A stretch of DNA of 64,000 nucleotides, from assembly GCA_964016885.1 (NCBI GenBank), contig OZ024741.1:348130001-348194000 (forward strand). Direction: 5' to 3'. Source of the DNA: Eledone cirrhosa (lineage: Eukaryota). Every line of letters begins with the position of its first letter. Position 1 is the stretch's first letter. The notes under the pieces are model-generated. The model was not told the DNA's origin, made no database searches, and saw nothing but the letters and a program-made list of their open reading frames with translations. A program made the translations under genes and the position numbers. Below, piece after piece: positions 42,301 through 55,974 of the stretch.

Positions 42301-43387
42301 AAGGTACAAGAAGTTTAATAGTTTTAGCGGAGAATATACCATTACAGTCACATGGGTCACGGATAAATTCTCATCTTCTTCGCTCGTTGTGAGTTAAGAG
42401 TAATGCATTATCATAGATATCAAACAAATGCAGAGCCTGAAAATTTTGAGCTGACCGCGGCTTATAAAACCTGTTCCTATTCAGCTAAACCCCCATCAAC
42501 CATTTCAAGTTCCACTTGGAAAGAAGAGTGAGGGAGGAGAAGTAAGAGCTGCCTCGCGCCTGGACATTTGTTAAATGATGGGGGAATGTAGTGAGTGTGA
42601 CCCGTGTGAATGTGCCCCTATGCCCATGCGCTGAATAGTTTGGAAAGGAGGTGGTCACATTCCTAGCTTGCTTGGTGGAGTGTAGTGTGGTTTACACCTG
42701 GGTGGCCATCCACTATGTTGAGGAATTTTCATTGTTATATATTTCATTGCTTATTGTTATTATTTACCTTATATCATGCGACATTTTTGTAACTCCCACT
42801 CTTTCTCTATTTTGTATTGTCCTACATGCTTAGCCCATTGAATGCAAGAAAGAAATTATCTCTTTTTTTTAAAACTTCCTTTGTATTCCCACCAAGTCAT
42901 GCAATATATCAACCTAACACCTGAGGCGGAATTTGATAATATACACATATTAAAATCAATTGTCATACAAATGATGCTATATGGACACAAACAACAGTAA
43001 ATGTTTTTGCAAGGTTTTTAAACGGATAATGCCCATCAACACTATTTTCTAGTGCAGTGACTATGGAATTCCTAGAGGCGTAGTGCGAAGTGAAGGTAGA
43101 AACAGGACACCGGGAGATACGTGACATACGCTGACAACGTCAAAATATTGAAATGGAAGGTACTGTTTTAGTACTGTCTGAGCTTAATTTATGTGGGAAG
43201 TCTCTAGTTATGCACTATCAAATGCTAATTAATGGTTTGTTACTTTATTTTATTTAATTATACACATCAATTGCAATTGCACTTCATTTATGTACATCAC
43301 ATCCCAGCAACTGTCAATATTTGTTTTATTGTGGAATGCAGACACGACAAGCAAATTAGGTTTCTATAATTGAACAGGTCATTAGAT

Positions 43388-43461
<74 letters not shown>

Positions 43462-43541
43462 ATATATATATATATATTATATATATATATTATATATATA
43501 TATATATTATATATATATATATATATTATATATATATATAT

Positions 43542-43573
<32 letters not shown>

Positions 43574-43664
43574 ATATATTTTATATATATATATATATAT
43601 TATATATATATATATTATAGATATATATATATATATTATATATATAAATATATATATATTATAT

Positions 43665-44212
43665 ATGTAGATAAATCTACCAAGAGTTTACGGTAGTGTC
43701 CAATCCGTATGAAGAACTCAATGTATTCCGGATATCATGGAAAGAAGAGATGTAATGAAAATCCAATTTCGGTGAAAGATAAACGGTATACAGAGTCAAG
43801 ATAAAATATTAAACAAATAATGAACAAACAATTCCTTATATTAAACAAAAAAAGTTCACTATTTAACGATCGTTTCTAGGGTATATATGTGTTATAATTG
43901 GTATGCATATTTAACAGATCTATGTACAAAATTATACAAAATTATACAAATTATCAAGATTAAATATACATACCTAACTCATATATACGCCGTCTTCAGA
44001 AATAATTTATTTCTGAAGACGGCGTATATATGAGTTAGGTATGTATATTTAATCTTGATAATTTGTATAATTTTGTATAATTTTGTACATAGATCTGTTA
44101 AATATGCATACCAATTATAACACATATATACCCTAGAAACGATCGTTAAATAGTGAACTTTTTTTGTTTAATATAAGGAATTGTTTGTTCATTATTTGTT
44201 TAATATTTTATA
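43665..44212. mobile_element. Perfect ~200-bp-arm fold-back of a PLE end with an HHR in each arm
   Basis: Centre at 44006. + strand HHR 44008-44152: TATTT CTGAAGA..GTATATATG...CATATATAC..GAAA CGATCG TT AAATA. Confidence 0.85.
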
Positions 44213-44247
44213 TATTATATATATATATATATATTATATATATATAT

Positions 44248-44279
<32 letters not shown>

Positions 44280-44312
44280 ATATATTATATATATATATAT
44301 ATTATATATATA

Positions 44313-44350
<38 letters not shown>

Positions 44351-44410
44351 TATATATATTATATATATATATATATTATATATATATATATATTATATAT
44401 ATATATATAT

Positions 44411-44444
<34 letters not shown>

Positions 44445-44477
44445 ATATATTATATATATATATATATTATATATATA

Positions 44478-44515
<38 letters not shown>

Positions 44516-44563
44516 TATATTTATATATATATATATATAATATATATATATTATATATATATA

Positions 44564-44601
<38 letters not shown>

Positions 44602-44732
44602 TATATTATATATATATATATTATATATATATATATATAATATATATATATATTATATATATATATATTATATATATATATATAATATATATATATTATA
44701 TATATATATATATAATATATATATATAATATT

Positions 44733-44763
<31 letters not shown>

Positions 44764-44790
44764 TATAATATATATATAATATATATATTT
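44212..44790. repeat. Long interrupted (TA)n array with periodic TT/AA phase shifts
   Basis: Read directly from the sequence; similar arrays at 43410-43665 and ~62390-62630. Confidence 0.95.
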
Positions 44791-44866
44791 ATTAAATAAC
44801 AGATTAAAGTTTAAGCAAAGAATCGAGCCCTCTTTGGATTTTAGTCTTCAAATTTATTATTATTAC

Positions 44867-44948
<82 letters not shown>

Positions 44949-45094
44949 GCGAATTAATACTGGATTCCCCGTTATCATCCGATAGGTTGTTGAATATGAC
45001 CTGCATTTCAATTCCTTGAATGAGTATGTATGTTTGCATGTGTGCGTTGATATTCTCTTTCTTTCACACACTGACTCCGTCCCTCTCCCCATCT

Positions 45095-45909
45095 CTCAGT
45101 ATTATATACAAATGGAAGCCTACGCGCTGAGCGCATCGTGGTCCCGGGGGATAGAATAGAAAAGGAGCTTCCCCAGAGTATGGTGAGGGAGACGTGTTGG
45201 AAGAGGCAATCCAACACACTAAGTTCACACATGTGGGTAGCCATCTCCGTGCTGATGGTGGTGAGTAGGGAGATGGCGTTAGGTCAAAAAACACCAAAAG
45301 TCTCCGCTACTACTGACTCAAGCGCAAACTCGTCGGAGAGCGACCGATATTTGGATAGTGTACCCTCCTCGGCCCGAAGTACATCGTCGCCTTGATTAGT
45401 CGCAGACTGCATTAGGTGGCCGCTGGAGGAAAGGTTTGCTGCATGTGATATCGCAATTGAGGGGTTTATCGCTTCAGAATGGTAAAGTGTTGATGCTATC
45501 TAGCTGGCTCTTCCTGGGAGGGGAAGCCTGCAGCATCCAACCCATACTTTATGATCTCCTTCACGCTAGCATGGCGTGGAAGACAGCCGGAAATGCAGCG
45601 AGATGACAGAGAGTGGAGACAAAATGTGTCTACAGTGGGTCCGCAGCGACATTTGTGTGGCACGCAGATCTGGATGCTGAGCCTCTGGAAAACCCCGATT
45701 CGCAGGCTATCAATATGTAGCTGCGTGTCCGTCGAACAATTGGGTAAGGCATTGAGCCAGGCAGAGCTGTGTGTTTCACGGGCCGCACAACCTGCAATCA
45801 TCCAGAAACCAAACATCGAAATGTACCTTGGTGTTACAAGCAATGTGTGGTATATCAGAAAAGCAAAGAGAAATGAAGCCAAAGGGTCAACCTGTTGTAT
45901 CGCAGTGGA

Positions 45910-45910
<1 letters not shown>
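45095..45910 (-). mobile_element. CRE-like non-LTR retrotransposon relic
   Basis: ORF 45496-45882: HSSAWLNALP..LRIG...CRCG..VD...HSLS....RHASVKEII...AGFPS.EEP. Confidence 0.75.
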
Positions 45911-45944
<34 letters not shown>

Positions 45945-45949
<5 letters not shown>

Positions 45950-46205
45950 CTTTGGGAGGGTCATGTTGCCAATAAGAAACACACGCACCAGTTGCTTTCA
46001 CTTCAATTTATTATAATAAATTTATAAATTTAGGAATTTATAAATTTCCGGTTGGTTGGTTGTTTCCACAACCAGATGGTTGTTTATATATTGTCAAAGT
46101 TCTTTCGTCACACATTCTGTGACCTCTTCAGTGACTGGGGGTTCTTTTCATTGTTTTTTGTGCCTCTCCTGATAAAGAATCTTGTTAACCAAATTCAGAA
46201 ACGAA
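45945..46205. mobile_element. Neptune-related pseudo-LTR fragment with short inverted tail
   Basis: Same family as 38308; HHR-like motif at 46093-46135 (-). Confidence 0.8.
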
Positions 46206-47594
46206 ATATGTATCTATACATAGTGACGAAACATAAGTCACTTGCATGAACTCTTAATTTTTTACTCACTGCTATATATATATTTTGATGATATCCATTG
46301 AATAGCTATGACCTCATCAGGCAGTTAGTCAGTTCTTAGATATGCCAGCTCTGTGTTTATGGCGTTGATGGTATCAGAGCCTTGGGACATATGAGCTTGT
46401 TAGGAATAATTTAATGTTGTCAGCAGGAATAGTCTTAATTCTCATGGGTCAGTTTGTAGATGCTTGTAGGGTTGGTATTTGACCTCAAACTGCCAGATGT
46501 TGTTGTAAAGTTCAAACCGACAGGCATGATGACAATAGTTCCATATGACTGATTTTCACAAAAAGCTTTCCTGGTCAGATATATATTCGATTAAGGTTAA
46601 TAGTATGAAATAGATACTACAGGTCATTCTTAAATTGAGGATTTTATGTGGAGTGGTTCTACTGAAAATTATAGTTAGAGTGGAATACTAGAAAATTTAC
46701 ATATAAAAAGACTTATGCTGGTTGACTTGGACATACACTCACACCCACCCCCACAGACACACACACACGCCCACACATACACATTGTGGAATCAATGTGA
46801 GGTGGTAATACTGAAAATTATGGTTAGAGTCAAATACTTAGAAAGTTCAGAAATTTTAGAAATAAAACACTTATGTTGGTTGACTTGTACATACACTCAC
46901 ACCTACCCCCTCAGACACACACACACATCTACACCCACAAATCCATACAGGTGTATATGTATATATATATGTACGCACAAGTGCATATATATATATACAA
47001 CAGAGGCCCCCAAATCCAAGTATAAGGCAGACATAAAACTAGGTAGGTGTTATTTTTAAAGAAAAGTAAAGTGGGTGTTTGGAAAGACATTGTTTAGACT
47101 AGACAAAAGTAGAGTGTGATATATATATTCACAGCAATAGCTTGGGGGCTTTGGAGCTTAGGCGAACCCTTAGTACAAACATATATACCCACCCACACCT
47201 TTACACCTATGGATGCGCGTGTATGTCTATATACGCATATGCACTCATACAAGAGAGCATATACAAATATACTCTTAAGCATACTCGAACATTTTTCAAA
47301 CACAATCTGGGGTATTAGTATTTCGTTGCGTTCCCATGAGTGTGTACATTCACGTAATCCCAGTATACACACACAATCTACGGTTACGGGCATTCATGCG
47401 GCGTATAGGGTTAGTACCTTGGGATAATTGTTCTTCCTGTGTAGGCCACTCCCGGTGTGGGGGGGGGGGGGGATCCTAAAGTTCAATAAACGTGGTTTTG
47501 TTGACTCCTAACCAGTAGAGGATCCGGTGGACAATCCACCGTAGGGACCAGAAACTTTGGGTGGTTATTGTCCATTGGTCATTGGTATATATAT

Positions 47595-48495
47595 AAAATC
47601 AAGTCAATGATTCATTTGAATATAAGAACTTGCGAATATTGACGAGAAGACCAAGACACATCGTAACTGTGCAAAAGTGAGCGATTATGTTCAAATGAGT
47701 CATTGACTTGATTTTCTCATTTTTTCCTCTCTTTACGTTGCCTCACCATTCATGTTTGTTTACCTGCCTCTCTTTCACCACCCAATTCGTTTTAACCCAA
47801 TAACTTATTTTAGTTATTATATCGTGCTAGCCTGAGGTATCTGGTCTTTAATTCGAAGAAATACCTATGATGGCTAGTAGACCACTGATAATGGATAGTC
47901 CTGGCTTCTATTTCTAATTCTTCATTTTATTTATATATCACATATGCAACAACACAGCACGCCATTTTTCATTATATGCTTTCCCCTTCGCTGTGATCTG
48001 TCTTTTTCTTCCCTTACTGCTATCCTCTTTCTCTCTGCCCCTTCTCTCTCCTTCTCCCTCTTACTTTCATTCACCCCCTCTACTAGTCACCCTCTCTCGG
48101 CTAGCCTCTTCCTCACAGATTCCCTCACTCACTCTCTGCTACACACCCTCTCTCTCACTTCCTCCATCGTCCCACACCGTACGAAATACTTTTCCTCGCT
48201 CACTTTTGCACGGTTAAGATGTGTCTTGGTCTTCTCGTCAATATTCGCAAGCTCTTATGTTCAAATGAATCATTGACTTGATTTTCTCATTTTTTCCTCT
48301 CCTTACGTTGCCTCACCATTCATGTTTGTTTACCTGTCTCTCTTTCTCCACCCAATTATTTTTATCCCAATAACTTATTTTAGTTAATGTATCGCGCTAG
48401 CCTGAGGTATCTGGTCTTTAATGCAAAGAAATACCTATGATGGCTAGTAGATCACTGATGATGGATAGTCCTGGCTTCTATTTCTAATTCTTCAT

Positions 48496-48505
<10 letters not shown>
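47595..48505 (+). mobile_element. Non-coding element with ~250-bp direct repeats (570-bp period) and a 5' inversion
   Basis: 47686-47940 matches 48256-48505; 47595-47685 is the reverse complement of 48196-48285; flanked by TA repeats. Confidence 0.7.
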
Positions 48506-48539
<34 letters not shown>

Positions 48540-48542
<3 letters not shown>

Positions 48543-49621
48543 TATGAAGAGAGAGGAAACATTTAGATATAATTAGTAATAAAATGTATCATACCCAAAC
48601 TGCTCCTAGATTCCTCGACTACGTAGTTTCGTGGCATAAACAAAAACAATACATCATAAAGATATAGAGTCCCTGCGAGGTCTGCCGACTTATCAAGAGG
48701 ATACCTCATTTTACTAGTCTCAAGAACGCGTCTACACGACGTGAGAAAGAATCCCAAAATTGTTTTTGTTTATGCCACGAAACTACGTAGTCTAGGAATC
48801 TAGGAGCAGTTTGGGTATAATACATTTTATTACTAATTATATCTAAATGTTTCTTCTCTCTTCATAATGTATTTTTAACTCTGATACTGGTTCAGTCTGG
48901 TTCAACCGAATTGGTCTGTCCCAGTCATTCATTGAGCAACATCGGTGAGGTTGGCACCCTTAACTCACGGTTGGGTGTGGATGCATTCATGTATATGTGT
49001 GTGTCCGCATGTATCTGTGTGTTTCTAAATATATTGTTGATAACTCCCTCTGGTTGAGTAATCTTTGAAGTGTGGTGACTGCTGGAAAGCTGCCATTACT
49101 CATACTTCTCTCCCCCTTCACCACCTCTTCTACGGCTTCGATATAAATACCCCCTCCGCCTCTGTGGTATTTTCTTCGGGGTTATAAGAGGCTTAGCTCT
49201 GTTTCTCGACCGTTATATCGCGTGACTATCTCCCCCTCCGCCTTTTGGGATTCTTTCTCACGTCGTGTAGACGCGTTCTTGAGACTAGTAAAATAAGGTA
49301 TCCTCTTGATAAGTCGGCAGACCTCGCAGCGACTCTATATCTTTATGATGTATTGTTTTTGTTTATGCCACGAAACTACGTAGTCGAGGAATCTAGGAGA
49401 AGTTTGGGTATGATACATTTTATTACTAATTATATCTAAATGTTTCTTCTCTCTTCATAATGTATTTTTAACTCTGATACTGGTTCAGTCTGGTTCAACA
49501 AAATTGGTCTGTCCCAGTCATTCATTGAGCAACATAGGTGAGGTTGGCACCCTTAACTCACGGTTGGGTGTGGATGCATTCATGTATATGTGTGTGTCCG
49601 CATGTATCTGTGTGTTTCTAA

Positions 49622-49625
<4 letters not shown>
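48540..49625. mobile_element. Non-autonomous PLE-like element: inverted plus partial-tandem pseudo-LTRs
   Basis: 48540-48758 (-), 48759-49032 (+, partial) and 49243-49625 (+) are copies of one unit. Confidence 0.85.
49301..49390 (+). ncRNA. Type I HHR with U3-A8 core variant (mirror copy at 48612-48701, -)
   Basis: TCCTC TTGATAA GTCGGCA...TGCCAC GAAA CTACGTAG TC GAGGA. Confidence 0.82.
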
Positions 49626-49659
<34 letters not shown>

Positions 49660-49832
49660 AAATGTGTATATATATATGTGTATATATGTATATATGTATA
49701 TATATATATCTGTGAAGGTATATATATATATATATGTGTGTGTGAAGGTATATATATATATGTGTGTGTGTGTGTAAATGTGTATATATATATATGTGTA
49801 TAAATATGTATATATGTATATATATATATATC

Positions 49833-50050
49833 TGTGAAGGCGTGTGGCAGAGTGGTTAGAGAATTGGATTCACAATAGTAAGGTTGCGAGTTCGATTCCT
49901 GGACCAGGCGATCGGTTATGTCCTTGAGAAAGACACTTTCTTTCACGTTGCTCCTTCTACCTGGAGTTGCGACCGATAGATAGCACTACCATTTGGAAAG
50001 ACCAACGGAAACATTGTTCTCTCGGTCCGATTTGACGAAAGTCGATCGTT
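49833..50050 (+). mobile_element. tRNA-derived SINE family B
   Basis: A box TGGCAGAGTGG, B box GAGTTCGATTCC and CORE-like TGTCCTTGAG.AAGACACTT. Confidence 0.82.
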
Positions 50051-50075
50051 TCTAAAATATATATATATATATAAA

Positions 50076-50114
<39 letters not shown>

Positions 50115-50120
<6 letters not shown>

Positions 50121-50532
50121 TGGTAAACGGAATAGAAAATGCTGACAAATTGTTCACAGTTGAAAAATGGTTTAATTAGGAATAAAAGAGTATTAGTAAT
50201 TGTATGGGTTAGTATTCAGTTGTGGTTTTAAGTTTTTAAGTATTTACCGGTTGCGCGTTTCTAAATGCTTTTCAAAAATAATTTTGAGATAGAGTGTCCG
50301 TGTTGTTTGCACTGATCTGTTTGCTCGAGATCAGAGCAAACAACACGGACACTCTATCACCAAACTTATTTTTGAAAAGCATTTAGAAATGCGCAACCGG
50401 TAAAAACTTAAATACTTAAAACCACAACTGAATACTAACCCATACAATTACTAATACTCTTTTATTCCTAATTAAACCATTTTTCAACTGTGAACAATTT
50501 GTCAGCATTTTCTATTCCGTTTACCAATATAT
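50115..50532. repeat. Near-perfect ~205-bp-arm palindrome (probable PLE-end fold-back)
   Basis: Arms 50115-50318 and 50328-50532; loop GTTTGCTCG is a re-inverted piece of the arm; flanked by TA repeats. Confidence 0.85.
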
Positions 50533-50562
50533 AATAACTTGTGTATTACACCTCTATTCTTT

Positions 50563-50670
<108 letters not shown>

Positions 50671-50788
50671 AATGTATATATATATATGTATATATGTATA
50701 TGTATATATATGTATGTACGTGTACATACTTATATTTAAATAACAGTCGTTCTAAGAGTGGGAAATGAAATTTCGTTTCATTTTTTCC

Positions 50789-50837
<49 letters not shown>

Positions 50838-50839
50838 TA

Positions 50840-51178
50840 TGTAGGAGGTGAGTTTTATTGTAGTACAATAAAGCAATGCAGATATCGGATAAGAAGCACT
50901 CTACAGTTTGTAGGACTGGAGTATACATAATATAAGATCAAACGATGGTTAAAGGAGTACCATGTATTTTATTATGCGCATTTCAAAAACAGACATCATC
51001 ATGCAATAATATTTGTGTTTTCATCAGATAAAACAGGAGAACATGATATGAAGCCTTCATATCATGCTCTCCTGTTTTATCTGATGAAAACACAAATATT
51101 ATTGCATGATGATGTTTGTTTTTGAAATGCGCATAATAAAATACATGGAACTCCTTTAACCATCTTTTGATCTTATAT

Positions 51179-51187
<9 letters not shown>
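50840..51187. mobile_element. PLE-end fold-back with HHRs at 50965-51035 (-) and 51073-51143 (+)
   Basis: GTTTTAT CTGATGA AAACACAAATATTATT GCAT GATGATGTTTGTTTTT GAAA TGCGCA TA ATAAAAT; centre at ~51054. Confidence 0.85.
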
Positions 51188-51248
<61 letters not shown>

Positions 51249-51277
51249 TATACATATATATCATATATATATATACA

Positions 51278-51800
51278 TATAGAATTCACAAGAATCAAAA
51301 CTATGTTCACACCATTTATTCACTTACAATTGTTTCATCCAAACCTAGGCTTGGTGTATTCGGAGCATTTTTCAATTTGTCTACACATAATTGACCTCCT
51401 TTTAAACGCAAGAGACATACAGATACATATATATATATTGATGTACAGTGGAGTGACATATATCATACTATATTATTGCTATACAGAAATAATATAGTAT
51501 AATATATGTCACTCCACTGTACATCAATATATATATATGTATCTGGATGTCTCTTGCGTTTAAAAGGAGGTCAATCATGTGTACAAAAATTGAAAAATGC
51601 TCCGAAGACACCAAGCCTAGGTTTGGATGAAACAATTGTAAGTGAATAAATGCTTTGAACATGGCTTTGATTCTTGTGAATTCTATATAACTTCTCTGTA
51701 AACAACTGATGTTATTACATTGAGCTATTTATCTTACTGGTAATAAGGTAGTAATAAGTTACTGACCCTCACTGTTTAGGGTTTAAAATATAGGGTTTAA
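51278..51800. mobile_element. PLE-end fold-back with HHR-like motifs (CCGA core)
   Basis: Arms 51278-51477 and 51488-51688; at 51598-51643: GCT CCGAAGA CA CCAAGCC TA GGTTTGG AT GAAA CAATTG TA AGT. Confidence 0.8.
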
Positions 51801-51850
51801 ACTATAAAAAGTTTTAGTATATACATAACCATAAATAGTATCCTTAATAT

Positions 51851-51885
<35 letters not shown>

Positions 51886-51913
51886 GCATATATATATACA
51901 TATATACATATAA

Positions 51914-52020
<107 letters not shown>

Positions 52021-52039
52021 TTTATATATATATATATAT

Positions 52040-52656
<617 letters not shown>

Positions 52657-52659
52657 ATA

Positions 52660-55627
52660 TATGAAGGCGAGTATCAAATTTCGGAAGAGGAGCAATTCCT
52701 TCCAGCAGGACCTGAAGAATAGAATTCATTCTATTAAGGATTCTAATGCCGTGCACGTCCACTCCGACAAAAATGGAAATCTTTATCAAGTGCAGCGCAG
52801 TACTTACCATCAACTGTTACATAATGTTGTAACTAAGGATTACCGTAAAACTAATCGGAGTGTCATTAATGACATCAATGAAGATGGGTTTAAAATCACC
52901 TCTGATCTCAATATCCTCAACCGGACTGAACCTCTGGACCCTATTTCTCCCCACTTTACCCTGAAAGATCACAAATCCAATTTCCCGAACAACCCCTCTA
53001 TTCGGCTTATTAACCCTACGAAATCCGATTTAGGTAGACTTAGTAAAAGGATTTTATACCTAAAATTAGAATCTTGGCCCCTCTTGCACTGTGGAACAAT
53101 TCTTTCACGGTGATTGATTGGTTCAACGGCATATGCAACAAGGAACATTGCCGTTTTATCCAATACTGTATCAATAATTACTACTCCTGCATCACTTTAC
53201 CATTTGTTCTTACAGCTATCAATTTCGCTAAAACGCTCACGGTGGTTAAGGATTTTGAAGGTGATGTCATCCTCAATGCCCATAAGTCGGTGATTATTTT
53301 CGACGACTCTATTTGGATAAAAAAATCGAATAGTACCCCATTCGACGTGAGTATGGGCGCCAGCGATTCTGTGGAGTTTACTGATCTTATCGGCCTTTCC
53401 CTTCGTTTCTCTATCAAGGAAGAATTCCCCAACGAGGGCGTTGGTTTGTACCGTGATGACGGTCTTTTGACCATGACAAAGTGCGGCCCACACGCTTGCG
53501 ACATGTTCAGAAAAGAACTCACTGGCTTCTTTAAAGGTTTCAACTTCTCCATACAGGTCGAGGTAAACCTTTCGTACGTCAATTACAACGATGTCACCGT
53601 CAATCTGTCGAATGACTTGCACTAACCATATAGAAAGGCGAATGATACGCTTAATTACATAAGTAAGCATTCTAACCATCCTGCCAGTATAACCAAGAAC
53701 CTGGTAAGAAAAGTTTCTTTGAGGCATTCCCGTCTATCTACAAATAAGCATATTTTCACCTACCATTCCCCGTGTTACAATGAAGCTCTTGCTCTTAGTG
53801 GATTTTTCGATGAGGTAGCATATACCGAGTATGAGGATAGACCTAAAAAAATAGATCCCAACGCATTATATGGTATAACCCACCATATAATATGGAGGTA
53901 GCCACACCATTAGCTAAGATCTTTCTCTCCCTTATGATGAAGCATTTCCCCCCAGCACATAAATATAATAAAATGTTTAATAGAAATACCATTAAAATGT
54001 CTTACTCTACGACGCCTAACCTTGCACATAACATCACTGCTTCAAATTTAGCTAAAGTACCTAGTCGTATGAACATGTGCAACCATGTAGCTATTACTAT
54101 CTGCAATTGTAGGAATCGAGTTGATTGCCCCCTATCCGGGGAATGCCTCTCTAGTAACATTGTCTGCAAATGTAAAGTTGAAACAGCCACGTATCGTAGG
54201 GCCTACATTGGGTTAACCGCCTGTATATTCAAGCAGCGTCTTTACATGCATACCCATTCTTTTCTTAACCCTTTAAGAAGGAATATGACGTCACTTTCAG
54301 CTATATCTGGAGTCTAAAAGACAACCACACTGAATATAGGTTACACTGGGAGATACTAGCTGAGGCTAGATCGTATAACGGAAATGAAAGACCATGTGCT
54401 CTCTGCGCCGCTGAAGCCCTGGACATACTCTACGCCAAAGACCACATCTTAAACAAAACATATGAGGCAATTTCGGCTTGTAAACATAAATTGTACAAAA
54501 CCTTCCTGTATTACAGCCCCACATTATACCCTAACGGATAGTACGAACTATATGCGGATATTTTATGTCTTTATGTGGTAGCTAAGTATATGTTATGTTT
54601 ATAACATTACATATTTGTATAGTTAAGTATATATTACCTGTATGTTTTGTGAAGGTACGTATACTTTCTCGTACGTATATTAGCTTGTATTGGTTATAGG
54701 CGTAGATATTATATCATATATACTGGTACATGTATGGTTATGTGTATACCTGAGTTTTGCATTTATCTGTGTATGCGGGTTTGCACGTATGTGGCTGTGT
54801 GCATATGTGTACATTGTGTTTTGGTTGACGTAGTTTAGCGAACATATGTGTATTTACATGTAGGTATGTGTATGCGCTTGTTATATATGTGTGTATATTT
54901 ATATACGTTTATATACTTATATGTATACACGCGCACACACTCACATATATATATATATTTTATATGTATTTTTATGTGTATTTGGTGTATACGTTCGTAT
55001 GTGTACGGGTACAGGCGTTGCTCGTGTTTTTGTCTACGTGTTTGTATTTGGATACCCATGGCGGGTGTTTTCGGGTATGCATGTGTATATACGTATATGG
55101 ATGCGTGCATGTATATATTTAATTATTGTTGATTTTAATAACCTCAGCAATTTATTTACATTATTTTTAACTCTGAAGCCGAGAATCATTTGATTTCCTA
55201 AATAGAATTTTAGTCTACGACTTCATTTATACCATAAAAGTAGTTTTGTCTTTGCGTGTAATTGTTCTCAACGCTCCACATAATGGCATAGTATATTCGT
55301 TTTTTTCGTTCATTGCCAGGGAACGTCTCCACGAACAACCTAATTAGAATATTAGTCTACGACTTCATTTATACCATAAACGTGGTTTTCTCTTTGCGTG
55401 TACTTGTTCTCGCCGCTCCAAATAATGACGTATTATCTTCGTTTCTTTCCGTTCTTTGCCAGGGAACGTCTCCACGAACCAAAGTATCGTCTTCCTGTCT
55501 ACCTTCGGTTGCAATGTTTTTCGAAATATCTAGTTCTGCGTTCACAGATTAATTTTTTTAGTTTCAGAAGATCCGGTTAAGTGGGAATGCAGCGATTATT
55601 TGCTTAAAATTTAATCTGTTGTTTTAA

Positions 55628-55630
<3 letters not shown>
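52660..55630 (+). mobile_element. Decayed near full-length Naiad-type PLE
   Basis: Consecutive frameshifted ORFs 52660-54540: [63 protein letters not shown]; followed by a long 3' UTR and tail. Confidence 0.88.
55203..55480 (+). repeat. Two tandem 142-bp units in the Naiad 3' region
   Basis: TAGAAT.TTAGTCTACGACTTCATTTATACCATAAA starts at 55203 and 55345. Confidence 0.85.
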
Positions 55631-55693
<63 letters not shown>

Positions 55694-55853
55694 AATAATA
55701 GTAAATTTGAAGACTAAAATCCAAAGAGGGCTCGATAAGGATAAATATATATCAAAAATATAAGAACGTAGGGCTAATATTTAGTTAGTTTCAGAAGATC
55801 CCGTTAAGGGTGAAAGCACCGATTCTTTGCTTAAACTTTAATCTGTTATTTTA

Positions 55854-55885
<32 letters not shown>

Positions 55886-55974
55886 CTGCGCATGCCCTAA
55901 ATATTTAAATATTTAAATAAATAAATAAATATATACACAAGTACAATAACAACAAATACATATAAACACACACG

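Noticed and set aside
47826-47878. SECIS element
   Set aside because: The AUGA strand lies on the 3' side of the hairpin, the reverse of SECIS geometry, and there is no upstream UGA-containing ORF.
49833-49905. tRNA gene
   Set aside because: The A/B boxes belong to a SINE head that continues into a CORE-like body; there is no clean cloverleaf.
55203-55480. CRISPR-like array
   Set aside because: Two long tandem units with no unique spacers, in a eukaryotic retroelement context.
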